In this document: positions 46,221-58,691 of the stretch, piece by piece
How positions within the stretch are numbered: the first letter of the stretch is position 1
Layout: every line of letters starts with the position of its first letter
Assembly (NCBI GenBank): GCA_023920165.1
Contig: CP089276.1
Location: 434,001-498,000 of the forward strand
DNA: 64,000 bases
Reading direction: 5' to 3'
From: Curvularia clavata
Lineage: Eukaryota
The notes under the pieces: generated by a model
What the model saw: only the letters and a program-made list of their open reading frames with translations
What the model was told of the DNA's origin: nothing
Database searches by the model: none
Translations under genes and position numbers: made by a program

Positions 46221-47768
46221 CTTGAAATCTTGAAAGAAAGACTGAGAGAGACTTCTCGTTGAAGTCCTAGCCAAGATAATTCGCTGGTTGGGACATCTAA
46301 TTATTCACTCATAACATGACGCTAGAGATCCTTTAGGCACGGCTTATCTATTACTCTTGCTACGCCGCATGCATGCGCAAGGGTGTCATGTCACGCACAC
46401 GCTCATGTTAGTGGCTCGGAAGCGACACTCGCAGGGCTGTATCCAAAATAGTTTGACAAGCGTCCAATGATGGCGATTGATTTCAGGGATCCTTTCGCCT
46501 CCTGTGTGGGGGCCGATAATCTCACCAGCCATGCAAGCGCCTTAATACCCGTTCCGTCACCCTTGTACCTTACGAAAGCCAAGAGGGGTTACACTAACAA
46601 AGTCGTAGATGAGCCGCATAGGCTATATTTACTAAAGAAACCGAGATAGTTGAGTTAGATGGCTGGTGACAAAACCACGCGAGAACCATCCGTGCGGTTG
46701 CAAACGAGGCGGATAGGCCATATTTTCACGATGCACTCGACCGTCCCAACCCCCAATCGACGCACTTTACTCTCACAACCAGGAATGCGATGTTAATAGG
46801 AAGGATTCTTGAGCTTGTAAGCGCTGCATGGGAAAGCGCTTCTGTGCTTCCTCCATGCGCTTTGAGACCTTTGAAAGCAAATTGCACTGGTTGTGCGTGC
46901 GTTTGTATTGACCCTTCGCACATCTAGCCACCCGTGATCTCACTCAGTCTGCATTACCTTTTGCCGGCCATCTGTAATCTTGCATTTGACATGGTTATTT
47001 TTGCTGCTTTATCGAACCCGTCTTTGTCTGGTCTCTGAAGCAGATTCCCTTTCCTATGGCTCACCCGATCGAATGGACTTTGGCCACTGTACTATTCACA
47101 TATCTATCTGATCACATGGAATTCTCCAGCACACTGCCCTTTCAAATTGCCAGATACATTACCAGCGGTCCGACATATGTCGAGCTGATTTGATTTGCAG
47201 AGTTCAAGTGCCCTAGCAGCACCAGGATTGTGCAAAACTGCTGCAACACTTGCTATACACACTAGATCCCATTAGTTATGATCTGCTAATTGTATCACGA
47301 GCCCTTAAAAATAAGTCAGTAGTAGTGACGTCAGAGCATGCATCTACCTGTGGCCTGGTACTAGGGCACTCAGCTAGCTAGATTTTACACCTACCAGCGA
47401 TCAGAGAAACTAGATAGCCGTGTAGGCATACTAGTCTCGGCCGAGGTGTTCTCCACGCACAACTGTTTCGCATATGTGACTATACATGCTGCACATATTG
47501 TTGCCGGTTAGTTTCCTAATACGAGATCACTTTAATTAAAATCCAGTAAATTAAGAAGAAGATCGGCAAACTCGGTAATGCCAAAAGGTCGATCCCAAGT
47601 ACCCACTGTACTTTCTGACTCTCCAACGATGACTACATTGCATCTATGGTCGTGATTCACCATCCGACAGTCCGCTGCGAAAATGTGAACATAAATGTCC
47701 TTGCCCACATTGGGCTTTTCAAGGTCGCCTCTAGTTTTGCAGAACCCCTCTCTCTGCTTTGATTCGTT

Positions 47769-49457
47769 ATGGATGCTTCAGCCAACATCATGCCAGCAAA
47801 TTTGCGGCTCACCAACCCTTATGTGCTTGCCAAATCATTGGGTTTATTCATCGGCAGCGTGAGTTTGCTCGAGGATTGCACAGATAGACTCTACGTTCAT
47901 GTTTTGGGCTAATGTCTTCTAGTTTACTATATACGGGATCTATGTCGCCATCTACAATCTGTTCTTCCATCCAGCCAAGCATATTCCCGGACCATTGTTC
48001 GCTCGAATGACTCCTATCCCATACATATACCATGTTCGGGCCGGATCGATTGTCTCTTGGCTTGAGGCATTACACAAAAAGTACGGCCACGCAGTAAGAC
48101 TTGCTCCGAATGAAGTATCATTCAGCTCTGGCGATACGGCATGGCCGGACATCTATGGGTTTCGCACCGGAAAACATAAAGACGTTGGTGTTTATTCCAA
48201 GGACAAGAGCTGGTTGGCAGAGCCACCCAATGGAGTTCAGCACCTCATCAACGCCGACGAGGTTACCCACACCCGTATGCGCCGTACGCTAGCTCACGCC
48301 TTTAGTGACAAATCACTCCGCGAACAGGAACCACTGTTGCAAGAATATGCTGATCTACTCGTAGAAAGACTGAGCCAGTATGCGACCGACGGTAAGAGCA
48401 CGGATATTGTGCGCTGGTACAACTTCTTCACCTTCGATATCATTTCCGAGTTGTCGTTCAGCGAATCCTTGTTCTGCCTTCGCGACAACAAACAGCATAT
48501 CTGGATCAATCTGATTTATGGTGCTATTAAAGCTGGTAGCTCCATCGCCCTACGTCAAAAGTACGCCGTGATTCGTTGGTACGAACGCGTCACGAATGTT
48601 TTCAAGGACAACCAAGCGTCACATCGACTACGCATGGAGTTCTACGCAAAATGTAGCGACAAGGTTGGAAGGCGACTGAATACCGATACTCCTAAGCCGG
48701 ATTTCTTCAGCTCTATCCTCAAACACAACGGGGTTGAGGGCAAAGGATTATCCAGAGGTGAAATGGACTCCAATTCAGTCCTTCTTTTGATAGCAGGCTC
48801 AGAAACCACGGCAACTACACTCTCTGCTGCTACATATCTGATTCTGCGCCACCCAGAGATCTACGCTAAAGTGGTGGATGAGATACGATCTGCATTCTCT
48901 TCTTATGAAGACATCACTTTGGACGCAGTCAATAATCTCCGTTATACAATCGCATGTTTCAGCGAAGCATTGCGCCTTCATCCTCCTGTACCGACTGGGT
49001 TCCCACGCATCGCGCCACCAAAAGGTGGGGTCGTGTCTGGGGTTTATGTACCTGAAGGGATGACTGTCTACGTTTCACAGCATTCGGTATCTCACACTGA
49101 ATACAACTTCAAAGATTGCGACAAGTATGTGCCTGAGAGGTGGTTGGGTGACGAAAAGTACAAGGACGACAAGAGGGATGCGGTGCAGCCGTTTAGCTTT
49201 GGGCCACGGAGTTGCCTAGGAAGAAAGTAAGTCACCGCTTGTTTATGATTGGATGAGGGTTTGGTTAAACATCAGAACGCTGACTCGAACACTATCGCAG
49301 CCTCGCTTATGCAGAAATGCGCCTTGGGTTCGCTAAGATCCTATTCAAATACGACCTTGAACTCGTGGACCCAGATTCGAGGTGGTTGGAACAAAAGGTC
49401 TTCACGTTGTGGAATAAACCAGAGCTTCTCATTCGCATTAATCCTGTAAAGCACTAA
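47769..49457 (+). CDS. Cytochrome P450 monooxygenase (CYP65/Tri11-like); exons 47769-47858, 47923-49226, 49301-49457
   Basis: FFHP..HIPGP, AGSETT (I-helix), EALR (ExxR), PERW, and heme motif FSFGPRSCLG spliced to RNLAYAEMR. Confidence 0.92.
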
Positions 49458-50149
49458 GGCCTGTATGCGTGCTCTAGATAAGATTGGGAATGGCAGTGCG
49501 GCTCTCAGGCATAACAAATTGGAGTTTTGGGTCAAGGTCATGTTCAGAATGCAGCACAAGAGAGACAGAGATCCGACAAAAGGAGTAGGTTGAGAGGAAT
49601 GAAGCTATTCGATTATTGATGACGCAATGCTCTTGTCGACCTGTAGAACCTTATGACCAGTTCTCGTTAGGCCAAACCATCGACAAGGCAGCCGTTACCC
49701 TGTTAAACGATATACTGCCTTGCTTGCAGTATAGAAAGTGAAAGTTTTCACCATCTCATTCATGTCTAAGCTTGCTATCATCGTGACTGTCGCGAGATGT
49801 GGCCCCAATGGCTCTGGACAAAATGGGTGTGATTCGAAAAGCGGTCGACCTTGACTGTGGCGAATAGTCATGGCCTTGAAAGTATGCGCCTACGATCGCA
49901 CTGAAGTGTATTGCGGGAGCATCGTGTACCCTATACAATCGCTCTTCAGCAGTAACCGAAAACTTGTCTGGCACATACTGAAGTGCGAGATTGACCACGA
50001 ACCTTCAGCCATCTAGAGGCTTGCTTCAATCAGCATCCCACTGTAGCCACATCAAGCAGCGCCCTCGCGATGTATTTCACATTTGATCTGCCACATTTCG
50101 CGGTCCAACGCATCCCCGAATCCTCGTTCCAGGATATCTAGTCGCAACT

Positions 50150-50490
50150 CCTACTAACTGGGGACGGGCAGATGGCGATACGGAGAATTTCACAACCACA
50201 TAATTATAGTTGATATCCGCACAAAGCGATTATCCGTCTGCGAGCAAGGTGTTGGAAGATGTGTTGTTGAACAAGAGTTGAGAGAAGCGCTCTACGACAA
50301 GCCTATAGGTTTGGCGGTAGATGGACAGGGAAGGATAACTTATGTTAGTAGTGATAGCCCGGTTGAAGGGGAAAAGGTTTTGTTGGAGGGAGTGGGTGGT
50401 ATTTTGACCACGTCTTACCACAGTGAGAGGAAGACGGGAGCGAGAGTATCGAGATTCTTCGTTGATCAGACTGTCATTCCTCAAATGTGA
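50150..50490 (+). pseudogene. Possible degenerate C-terminal relic of a soluble quinoprotein glucose/sorbosone dehydrogenase-like (beta-propeller) gene
   Basis: KPIGLAVDGQGRITYVSSDS resembles the RPVGLAxDxxGRLxxSSD motif. The upstream sequence has stops and frameshifts. Confidence 0.35.
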
Positions 50491-51730
50491 TTGGATCTTT
50501 GTTCGAATAGTAGATAGCCGATCTGAGCAAAGTTTAGAATGAAAAGCTGAAGAATTTAGAAGCCGGAAGAGGTGCAGGTGAGCCACTTCACCCAATCGGC
50601 GAGGCGTGCTAGGAAAGGAAGCCACGCGCGTCACGGCACCCCCACCCGCGGTTCGCTAGCCGTCGCTGATCAGTCAACGACCAACTACACCCCAAGGCAC
50701 TTCATCCTACTGCTCCACAAGAAGGCCACATCTATGACAGCTAGCGAGGGCAAAGTTGCAGACAGAGCCCATGTGCTGAACAAATATGGACCCCTGCGTG
50801 GTCTGATGGGTTTCATGCCACTTGGCGCAGGCTCATCACATGGCAAAGACAGTAGGTATCATCCCCCTATGACTATGCCTGTCGTTTCTGATTTGATATT
50901 AATCAACGCAGGCGATTGCATTACAAACAATGACCTAATAGACCCCCATCCCCCACTCCACCCCGTCTGCCTGGGACAGCCTCTTGAAACGTAAAGCACA
51001 TGGACGCATGACACAGTAAGGGGAGATGTTGGGCCCAAACAATCCATACTCATCTACTTGTCAGGGATGGACCCACTCACATAGCCTGTGTTTTCGACCA
51101 CCTGTGGGCCTGGAGAGTAAGAGCCGGATCCAGAATGCCGGGAAGCTGACTATGGTGGGGATGTGGCGGATGAGTTGCATACTCTCAAAGACATTCTAGA
51201 AGGATGGCTTTGGAATCCATTTGCCTCTTCGACTGAAAGAGCACACGCAGGAATCATGGCTCGTATGACGCGAGATGACATTTCTGAAGCCACACTTCAA
51301 GATCAGCTTCAATGATAGTAACTAATTTATCATCATTACAGTTTGCTTGAAACTAGATGCAGAATCCCATGTAGCGAACCATTGAAAGATTTTCCTTGCT
51401 AAGGCAACATGATTGGGTCGATGCTAAAAGCCGAACACGGTAAGTCTGGAATTCGCAGGCTGAGACATGGACGGAGAGGCCGTGAAGGGCCTCAAGGGTG
51501 GGCGAAAAGATCACCGGCTTTGGATGTTAGTACGGAAAAGCGCTGGGTGCCTGTAGCCGACGGCGGCTAACCCCAAATCAAGCCCATGAAATCGGTTCTC
51601 GGATCTGTGGTAGTACATGATTGTACAGTCCGGTCTATGAAGGACCCAATTCAACCAGGGTACTGCCGGATGGGGGCAGCTGTCACGCGGTACCGAAGCG
51701 ACTCGAAAAAGATGGTACTCAACAGCATCC

Positions 51731-52280
51731 CACGTGCGGAGTTGTGATTGGATATGGCCTGCATGCCCCTTCTCAAGGTTCCAGTCGGATCTCATGTCAG
51801 ACATTCGATAGCTGCAGAGTAATTCCGTGTTTGCGTCCCCATGCAGAGACCGACTGGCGCTGATGACCCACCACACTAAGACTGCCTTGGTTGTATCCAA
51901 TCACAGCCCGTTAATAAAACCGTGCTACCAGGATGCCGGAACGTAGAGCCCTTGGGGCTAGTCCAAAGGATGCAGAACATGGGAGCCCCAGGGTATCCAC
52001 ATGCATTGTGCCTGGGCCAGAACAGAGTTGGATTGCTGGTAGTAGATACAATGCAACACCACAAGGCAGAATGCTGTGAGACGGAAAAAAAAAAGGCAGA
52101 TAGACAAGGCCCTACGACTGGTTGCCTGTTTAAGATTAATCTGGCATGTCATCGATATGCGGCAAGCAAATGCCAATGGCCCGAAGCTTCCTTGGAGAAA
52201 GCCTGGGCTGAATTAAGCGTCCGCCCCGGGTGGTGTGGGTGGGGAAGGGGTTCTGGCCTGCCATTACTAGCGGCCACGTG
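51731..52280. promoter_or_regulatory. Pho4/NUC-1/PalcA-type E-boxes (CACGTG) upstream of PHO84
   Basis: CACGTGC at 51731 and CACGTGG at 52275. TATA-like tataag elements at ~52540-52585. Confidence 0.65.
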
Positions 52281-52689
52281 GGGAAATGAATGGACTTGCA
52301 ACGTCCATTTCAACCACGCCGCCACCACACACGATCAACCACCAGGATAGTGAATCCCACCCAAGCCTCAGCTGCTGCGCCAATACGCAGCCCGGGAAAT
52401 CCTCGCAAGGCCTCGAATCCCACCATGGCGTTTGCTGCTCCGTTTGCAGCGGGATGCCCGACGCCGTCTTGGCGAAACCTCCGCGCGTGCCTCAATCTGA
52501 CGCTGGGATTGGCTACGGCCTTATCCTCAACTCAAAAATATAAGCATGCCACGACGCCTGGCACAGGCTTGGGTATAAGTATAAGCTTGGCCGAGCACTC
52601 TTGGGTGTAAGCCTTCATCTCGCTCCCACCCTCCTTTCCGGCAATCAAGCTTCAGCGAGGCCAGCATAAGCATTTGCTAAGACTTCGAA

Positions 52690-54562
52690 ATGGCTGCAAA
52701 GACGGCTGGCGGTAACTCCGCCTTCCACAACTTCAACAAGTATGTTTCCTCCGTCTGACAACCCCTTGGAAAACCCCCCTCTTGCTAACCGTCTGTTTCA
52801 GTGACTTTGCTGTTCGTAACCACCAACACGCGCCTATGCCTCGACAAGACACTGATTGATTGCAGCATATCGAAGATCCCAATGAGCGCCGCCGCCTCGC
52901 TCTTGCCGAAATCGACAAGGCCCCCTTCGGCTGGTACCATGTGCGCGCCATCCTGGTCGCTGGTACCGGTTTCTTCACAGACAGCTACGACATCTTCTGC
53001 GTGTCCCTCCTGACCATCATGTTGGGTATCGTCTACAAGCAGGACCACAAGGGTACTCTCTTGACCCAGCAGGATACCGCCATCAAGCTGGCCACTTCGG
53101 CCGGTACTGTCATCGGACAGGTCGGCTTCGGTGCGCTTGCTGATATCGTCGGACGTAAGAAGATGTATGGTCTCGAGTTGATCTTGATCATTGTCGCTAC
53201 TCTGGCCCAGTCCCTCGTTGGTCCTGGTCCCGGAACTTCGGTTGTTGGTCTTATCATCTTCTGGCGTGTGCTCATGGGCATCGGTAAGCGCTGCACGACA
53301 TCTTGTCCTACCACATTTGCTAATTACTACAAGGTATCGGAGGCGACTACCCCCTCTCTTCTATCATCACTTCCGAGTTCGCTACCACCAAGTGGCGTGG
53401 TGCCATGATGGGTGCTGTCTTCGCCATGCAGGGTTTCGGTCAGCTTGGTGGTGCCCTTGTCATGCTGTGCCTTGTCGCCGGCTTCAAGAGCAAGCTTGTT
53501 CAGGCCAGCGGCTACGACACCTGCAAGGGCGAGTGTCAGGTCGCTGTCGACCAGATGTGGCGCGCTCTCATTGGTATCGGTATTGTCCCTGCCTGTATTG
53601 CCCTCTACTACCGCCTCACCATCCCCGAAACCCCCCGTTACACCTTCGACGTGGCTCGTGACGTCGAGAAGGCCAACGAGGATGCCAAGCAATACCTTTC
53701 TGGAAAGCACGGCGAAGGCCACCCCGATGAGATCACTCAGGTCGCTGCCCGCCAGCAGTCGTCTGCCCAGCTCGAAGTTCCCAAGGCTTCTTTGAGTGAC
53801 TTCTTCAAGTTCTACGGCAAGCTTCGCAACGGCAAGATTCTCTTCGGAACTGCCATGTCATGGCTCCTTCTTGACGTCGCTTTCTATGGTCTCGGTTTGA
53901 ACTCTTCGACTGTGCTGCAGGCTATTGGTTACGCCAGCGGTAACAACCTGTACCACAAGCTGTACAACCTTGCTGCTGGTAACGCCATTCTCATCTGCGC
54001 AGGTGCTATCCCAGGTTACTGGCTGGCTGTCGCTACCATTGACACTGTCGGTCGCAAGCCCCTCCAGCTCATTGGTTTCGTCCTTCTTACTGTTCTCTTC
54101 ATTGTCTGGGGCTTTGCCTACCATCACCTCAGCGGCCACGCCATGCTTGCCATCTACGTCCTCATCCAGCTCTTCTTCAACTGGGGTCCCAACACCACCA
54201 CTTTCATTGTCCCCGGAGAGTGCTTCCCCACCCGCTACCGCTCCACTTCCCACGGTATCTCTGCTGGCTCCGGAAAGATTGGCTCCATCATTGCCCAGGG
54301 TGCCATTGCCCCTCTCCGCACTCGCGGCAACGTTACCAAGACCAACCCCAGCCCCTGGCTCAACCACGTCATGCAGATCTTCTCTGCTTTCATGTTCGCT
54401 GGTATCTTCACCACTCTGCTCATCCCAGAGACCAAGCGCAGGACGCTCGAGGATCTGGCTCAGGACTGGGATATGGGTGATGAGAGCATCACTGGTGAGG
54501 AGCACGCTCGCAAGCTGAACAGGAGTAGCGATGACGCAGCAGTGACTGAGATCAAGCCATAG
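52690..54562 (+). CDS. PHO84: High-affinity inorganic phosphate:H+ symporter (MFS, PHS family); exons 52690-52739, 52802-52811, 52866-53283, 53334-54562
   Basis: GGNSAFHNFNNDFAHIEDPNERRRLAL, GFFTDSYDIF, GIGGDYPLS, PETPRYT, LDVAFYG, GPNTTTFIVPGECFPTRYRST.HGISA.SGK. Confidence 0.96.
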
Positions 54563-56371
54563 AAGGTCTCTCGCGGTCATTTTGCTTTAAACATGTCTTC
54601 TGATACTTTTTTAAGAGGCTAATCTTCTTTCGCTGTTCCCTCTCGCGACCTGTATTGCAGCATTTGTCATAGCATAGAGAATAATTTGTCTATATCCCCG
54701 GGTTCACCCACAAAATGATATCTCTTTCTGTTCAAAATTGATTTCAAGTATACTGTGTGAATCTCAATTGAAATTTGTGAATCTTTTTCTATTTTGAGTG
54801 ATTATTGTACCACACAGGTGAAACAAAAAAAGCGCCACTTAGCAGAGGGCAAAGCCGCTAAGCTTCTTCAAAATTCCTCACCTCACGAGACTGAAACTTT
54901 GTTACAATATAATAACTTTTTTAAGAAGAGCGCTCGAAATCCCCTCTTGATGCTCTCTGAGAATTATTACGAGTTATTGGAAATGTTAGGAACAGATCAT
55001 GAGTGGCAAAGTTAGATCATCACTAGTCGTGGTCAAAGTACAAACAACCTCCTACCTCACCTTTTTTTTCCCAGGCGTATGCATTATCAAGACCCTCATC
55101 TTCACAGACTTAAACAACACGTGCCAAAACTCGGTACCACACTTGTATCTCTTAGTCAGGTACCCGTACCACGCATCCCCCCTATCCCTCCCGCCAAGCC
55201 TGGGAGGCAAAAAAACGAGGATCGTGGGTCCGCCAGCACGCCAAGACCCCTTTGTCTCCCTTGCAGCGTGGCGACAGAAAAAAGCAACAACGATTTGCCC
55301 CCCACATTCCGAGGGCGCCGGTGCCCGTTTTACTGGCTCGGCCGATGATAGTACACATCGCATGTATATTTGGAGCCTAATGTGTACGTCATAGTTCGCG
55401 AAGTGCGTTGGTGGGTTGTGGCGATACTCCAGCAGGGCGGGAGGGCTTGGATTGGTGCGGGGTTGTATGTATGAATGATGTTATAGGGATATTCCTAGAT
55501 AACTGTATGAGTTTGTACTTGTAATTTTTCATATTTACGGATGTCAAGTACTGTAGTGAATTTGATTCCGTGAAAACAGAGAGAAAGAGAGACCACAATC
55601 ATGTTATTCTAAAACGCAATCGTATCATCATATGTATACTTTTATTGTTCTCTTCTCCAATGTGATGAAGACGGCTGCTTTCTCATACCTTACCAAGACT
55701 ATATGCTGTAGATATGCCGTTGACATGTTCCGAAAGCCGTTTCTCCGTTCCTTTCTGTTTCTTTTTTGTGGCACTGGAAGATCTTTTTCAAAGACTCAGT
55801 AGTGATAATCGAACGGAAGGTCCCAGAAGACAGAAGAAGATACATCCAGATCGTGTCGGCTACTGAACTCGGCCAAAAGGAGCTGAAAGATCTTGACTCG
55901 CCTTCATGGTTCCGATGATGTGCAAACCCTTATGAGCTGGAGCTAATCACCGAGCTGTTGGGTACAGTGGCTGTGCATGCAGGGCCGAAAATCCAGACGA
56001 AAATCACGCATTGGTATTTGCTTATGCTGTGCAGCTTCCGATAGCTGGTTCCTTGCAGTTGGTACAACATTTGGCCTAGCGATGCTGCCAGACCAAACTA
56101 GAAGACTGTTCGAAGGGAAACATTTGCCACATGCACATGCATGCGCGTGATTGGCTGAGAGATCAGGGAAAGGTCCTGGCGCAGGGTCGATCGGGCCGCG
56201 GACATGGCGCAGCGGCTCCGTGTGGGTTTGGTGGGGATCAGTGTTAAGGACTTGGCCTTTTTCCAACTCCAACTACACCAAAGTATTCGTCCGAAATCCC
56301 AAGCTGTTTCAATAAAGAACCAAAGCCAGCGCCATCGCACCAATTGCCAACGCTGAGAACCTTGCACAAGG

Positions 56372-58691
56372 ATGCAACCGAAGAAAGAAAATCGCGCAAC
56401 CACGTCGTGCACAGAGTGTCAGCGCCGAAAGCAAAAGGTCTGATTCTCGACCCCAGACTGTCCCTGCATCAAACTTCTCGAGCTAACGGCACGACTAGTG
56501 TTCGCGAGAGTGGCCCTGCAACCATTGCCAGGCCAGGAAGGTGCCACAGTTGTGTCATTTCTCTGCTAAACGATCCCAACAAGAGTCTCCTCAAGAGTCT
56601 GTGCTGTATGTTGATTGTTTTGTCCTCTACCCCGCGGAGAGCTGGATCCAGTGCTGACAGCAATGGCACAGGGAGAGTTCATCCAACAACACCCAAGGTG
56701 TCAAGAGAAGTGCCTCAGATTCGGTAGATTCGCATTTTGTCAAGCAAAACGGCGAGCATGAGGTACTCGAGGATGGGCTGAAGGTGTGGGGCTACATGCC
56801 AGGCCATGTCCATTACAAAGTTGGGCCTGGCGAAGACAATGTCAGTTACCCACTTCCATAACGAGCCTCAGCTGACTGGTGCTTGTAACAGAGTCCACAC
56901 AGAGACTCGCCGACGGAGGTTACCGCAAGCGATGCTGTCCAAAGAGTGCTGCAATATATCCCGCCAAGATCTATAACTGGTATGTGTAAACATCCTAGTG
57001 CTGACATGATTGCTGACAGGGGCGCAGATGCCTTCGTCAACCACTTCTTGAACGTAGTAAACCACCGGTACAGTGCGATATACGGGCCGACCTTGGCAGA
57101 GCAATACGTGCAGTGGTGGACCGACCGTAGTGCTGGCAATAAGCTTTCGCCCGAGTTTACATGCCTTCTCTTGAGGATATGTGCTTACTCGGTGCAATAT
57201 CTTACACCATCGCTTCGTAAGATGATCGAGTTCGAACTGGCATGCACTTCCCAGACGCTTACCGAACGTTTCTCAACGGCTGCAGAGGAACTTAGCCGGA
57301 GTTTCGAAGCATCAAACACGAGCATTGAGCGGGTACAAGAACAATTCCTGAAGGGAGCCTGGCTGAAATCGGAATCCAAGATTGTCGAGTCATGGCACAC
57401 GCTTTCACGCACTATTCGCGAGGCCCAAGAGCTGGGTATCGATAAAGATGCGGGTATTGGCGAGTTGTCGGAGTTTGAGATCGAAATCAGAAGGAGAATT
57501 TGGATACTGCTCTACATCTGGGACTGGTAAGTATGGCCATAGGGTGGTACTCGTCGGTTACTAAAGTCGACCAGGCAGATGTCAGCGTGGCTGGGCCGAC
57601 CGAACCTCATCGATCAGAAGAACCTCAATTTCAAGTTTCCCAATCTGCGCCTCGACCAATCGAGCACAGAACCTAATCTTCTTTCGCCGTTCGCGCACAT
57701 GGCTCTTGCAGCACAACTGGGCCGAAGAGTCACGACCGTCATGGGAGACGCAACATCCAAAGCCGATCTCTCAGCTCAAAAGGTCTGGGAAATAGAACAC
57801 GAGTGTGAGAAGTTCATCGATGAACTGCCGGCGATCTTTCGCGTCGAGAATCCCGATACCTCACTCGACGAGGCACACCCGTACTTCGTTTTTCAACGCC
57901 ATCAGCTCCATTGCGTCATCTTTATAACGATGCTCGACTTCCTCAAACCGTATCTTACCCGCGACCACCAAGACAAACTTACTGACGAGGACGAAGCGTT
58001 TCGAAAGAAGGGTGTCGATATTGCACTCCGGGTAATGAGGGTTGCGCGCAAGCTGTTCGACCATGAGTTTCCCATCAATGCCAAATTCCACATGGTTGTT
58101 TTCTGCATTTTCGACACATCGACTCTTCTTTGCTCTGCAATCATCCATGATCGCGAGCACAAGTTGCCTCGTCGTGAGGAGATCATGGACGTCATCGATA
58201 GCTCGCTCGAGATGCTGCACCAGCTTAGCCTCACTACGAAGCTTGGCGCCACTTCGTACAACTTTCTCTTCAAGCTCGTACAAGCCACACCGGTGCTTCG
58301 ACGGCACGCTCCAATTAGTAAGCGGCAAAAGCGAGAGGTTGTGCCTGTTCCTGAGGAGCCGCCACCGCCACCAGCCCATGAGCCTGCGTTGTCAGCTGTT
58401 GTGCCTCCGCAAGCAACGGCGCCGCCCGCTCTGCAGCCACCTTACGAACCAGTCACACAGTCTTCGGGTGTCACTACAGATGCTCTGGCGAACATGCCCC
58501 TCGCGGATGATCTCTCGTTTGACATCGATCAGTTCCTCGCACAGAATCCGTTTGGTAGCGTGGGTGACCCTCAAGCTGCAGACATGGGTGGTATGGAGCA
58601 GATATGGGATTGGCAGGATTTGAATCTTGATGCATTTGCGCCAAATGGAGGACAAACTCCGGGTACAGCTGGGCAGGCCCCTCAGGAATAG
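56372..58691 (+). CDS. Zn(II)2Cys6 transcription factor with fungal-specific TF middle domain, multi-exon
   Basis: Spliced zinc cluster SCTECQRRKQK|CSREWPCNHCQARKVPQLC (intron 56438-56498, not visible in the ORF track). Further exons carry AQELGI, EIRRRIW..LYIWDWQMSAWLGRP and an acidic C-terminal activation region. Confidence 0.9.

Noticed and set aside
41499..49457. Carrier + MFS + GT32 + P450 as a secondary-metabolite cluster
   Set aside because: No backbone enzyme (PKS, NRPS, terpene synthase) in the window, and the shared promoter motif was seen only for the first two genes.
53858..54580. 240-aa antisense ORF over PHO84 (and similar antisense ORFs over other genes)
   Set aside because: Shadow ORFs expected from strong codon bias of the sense gene.
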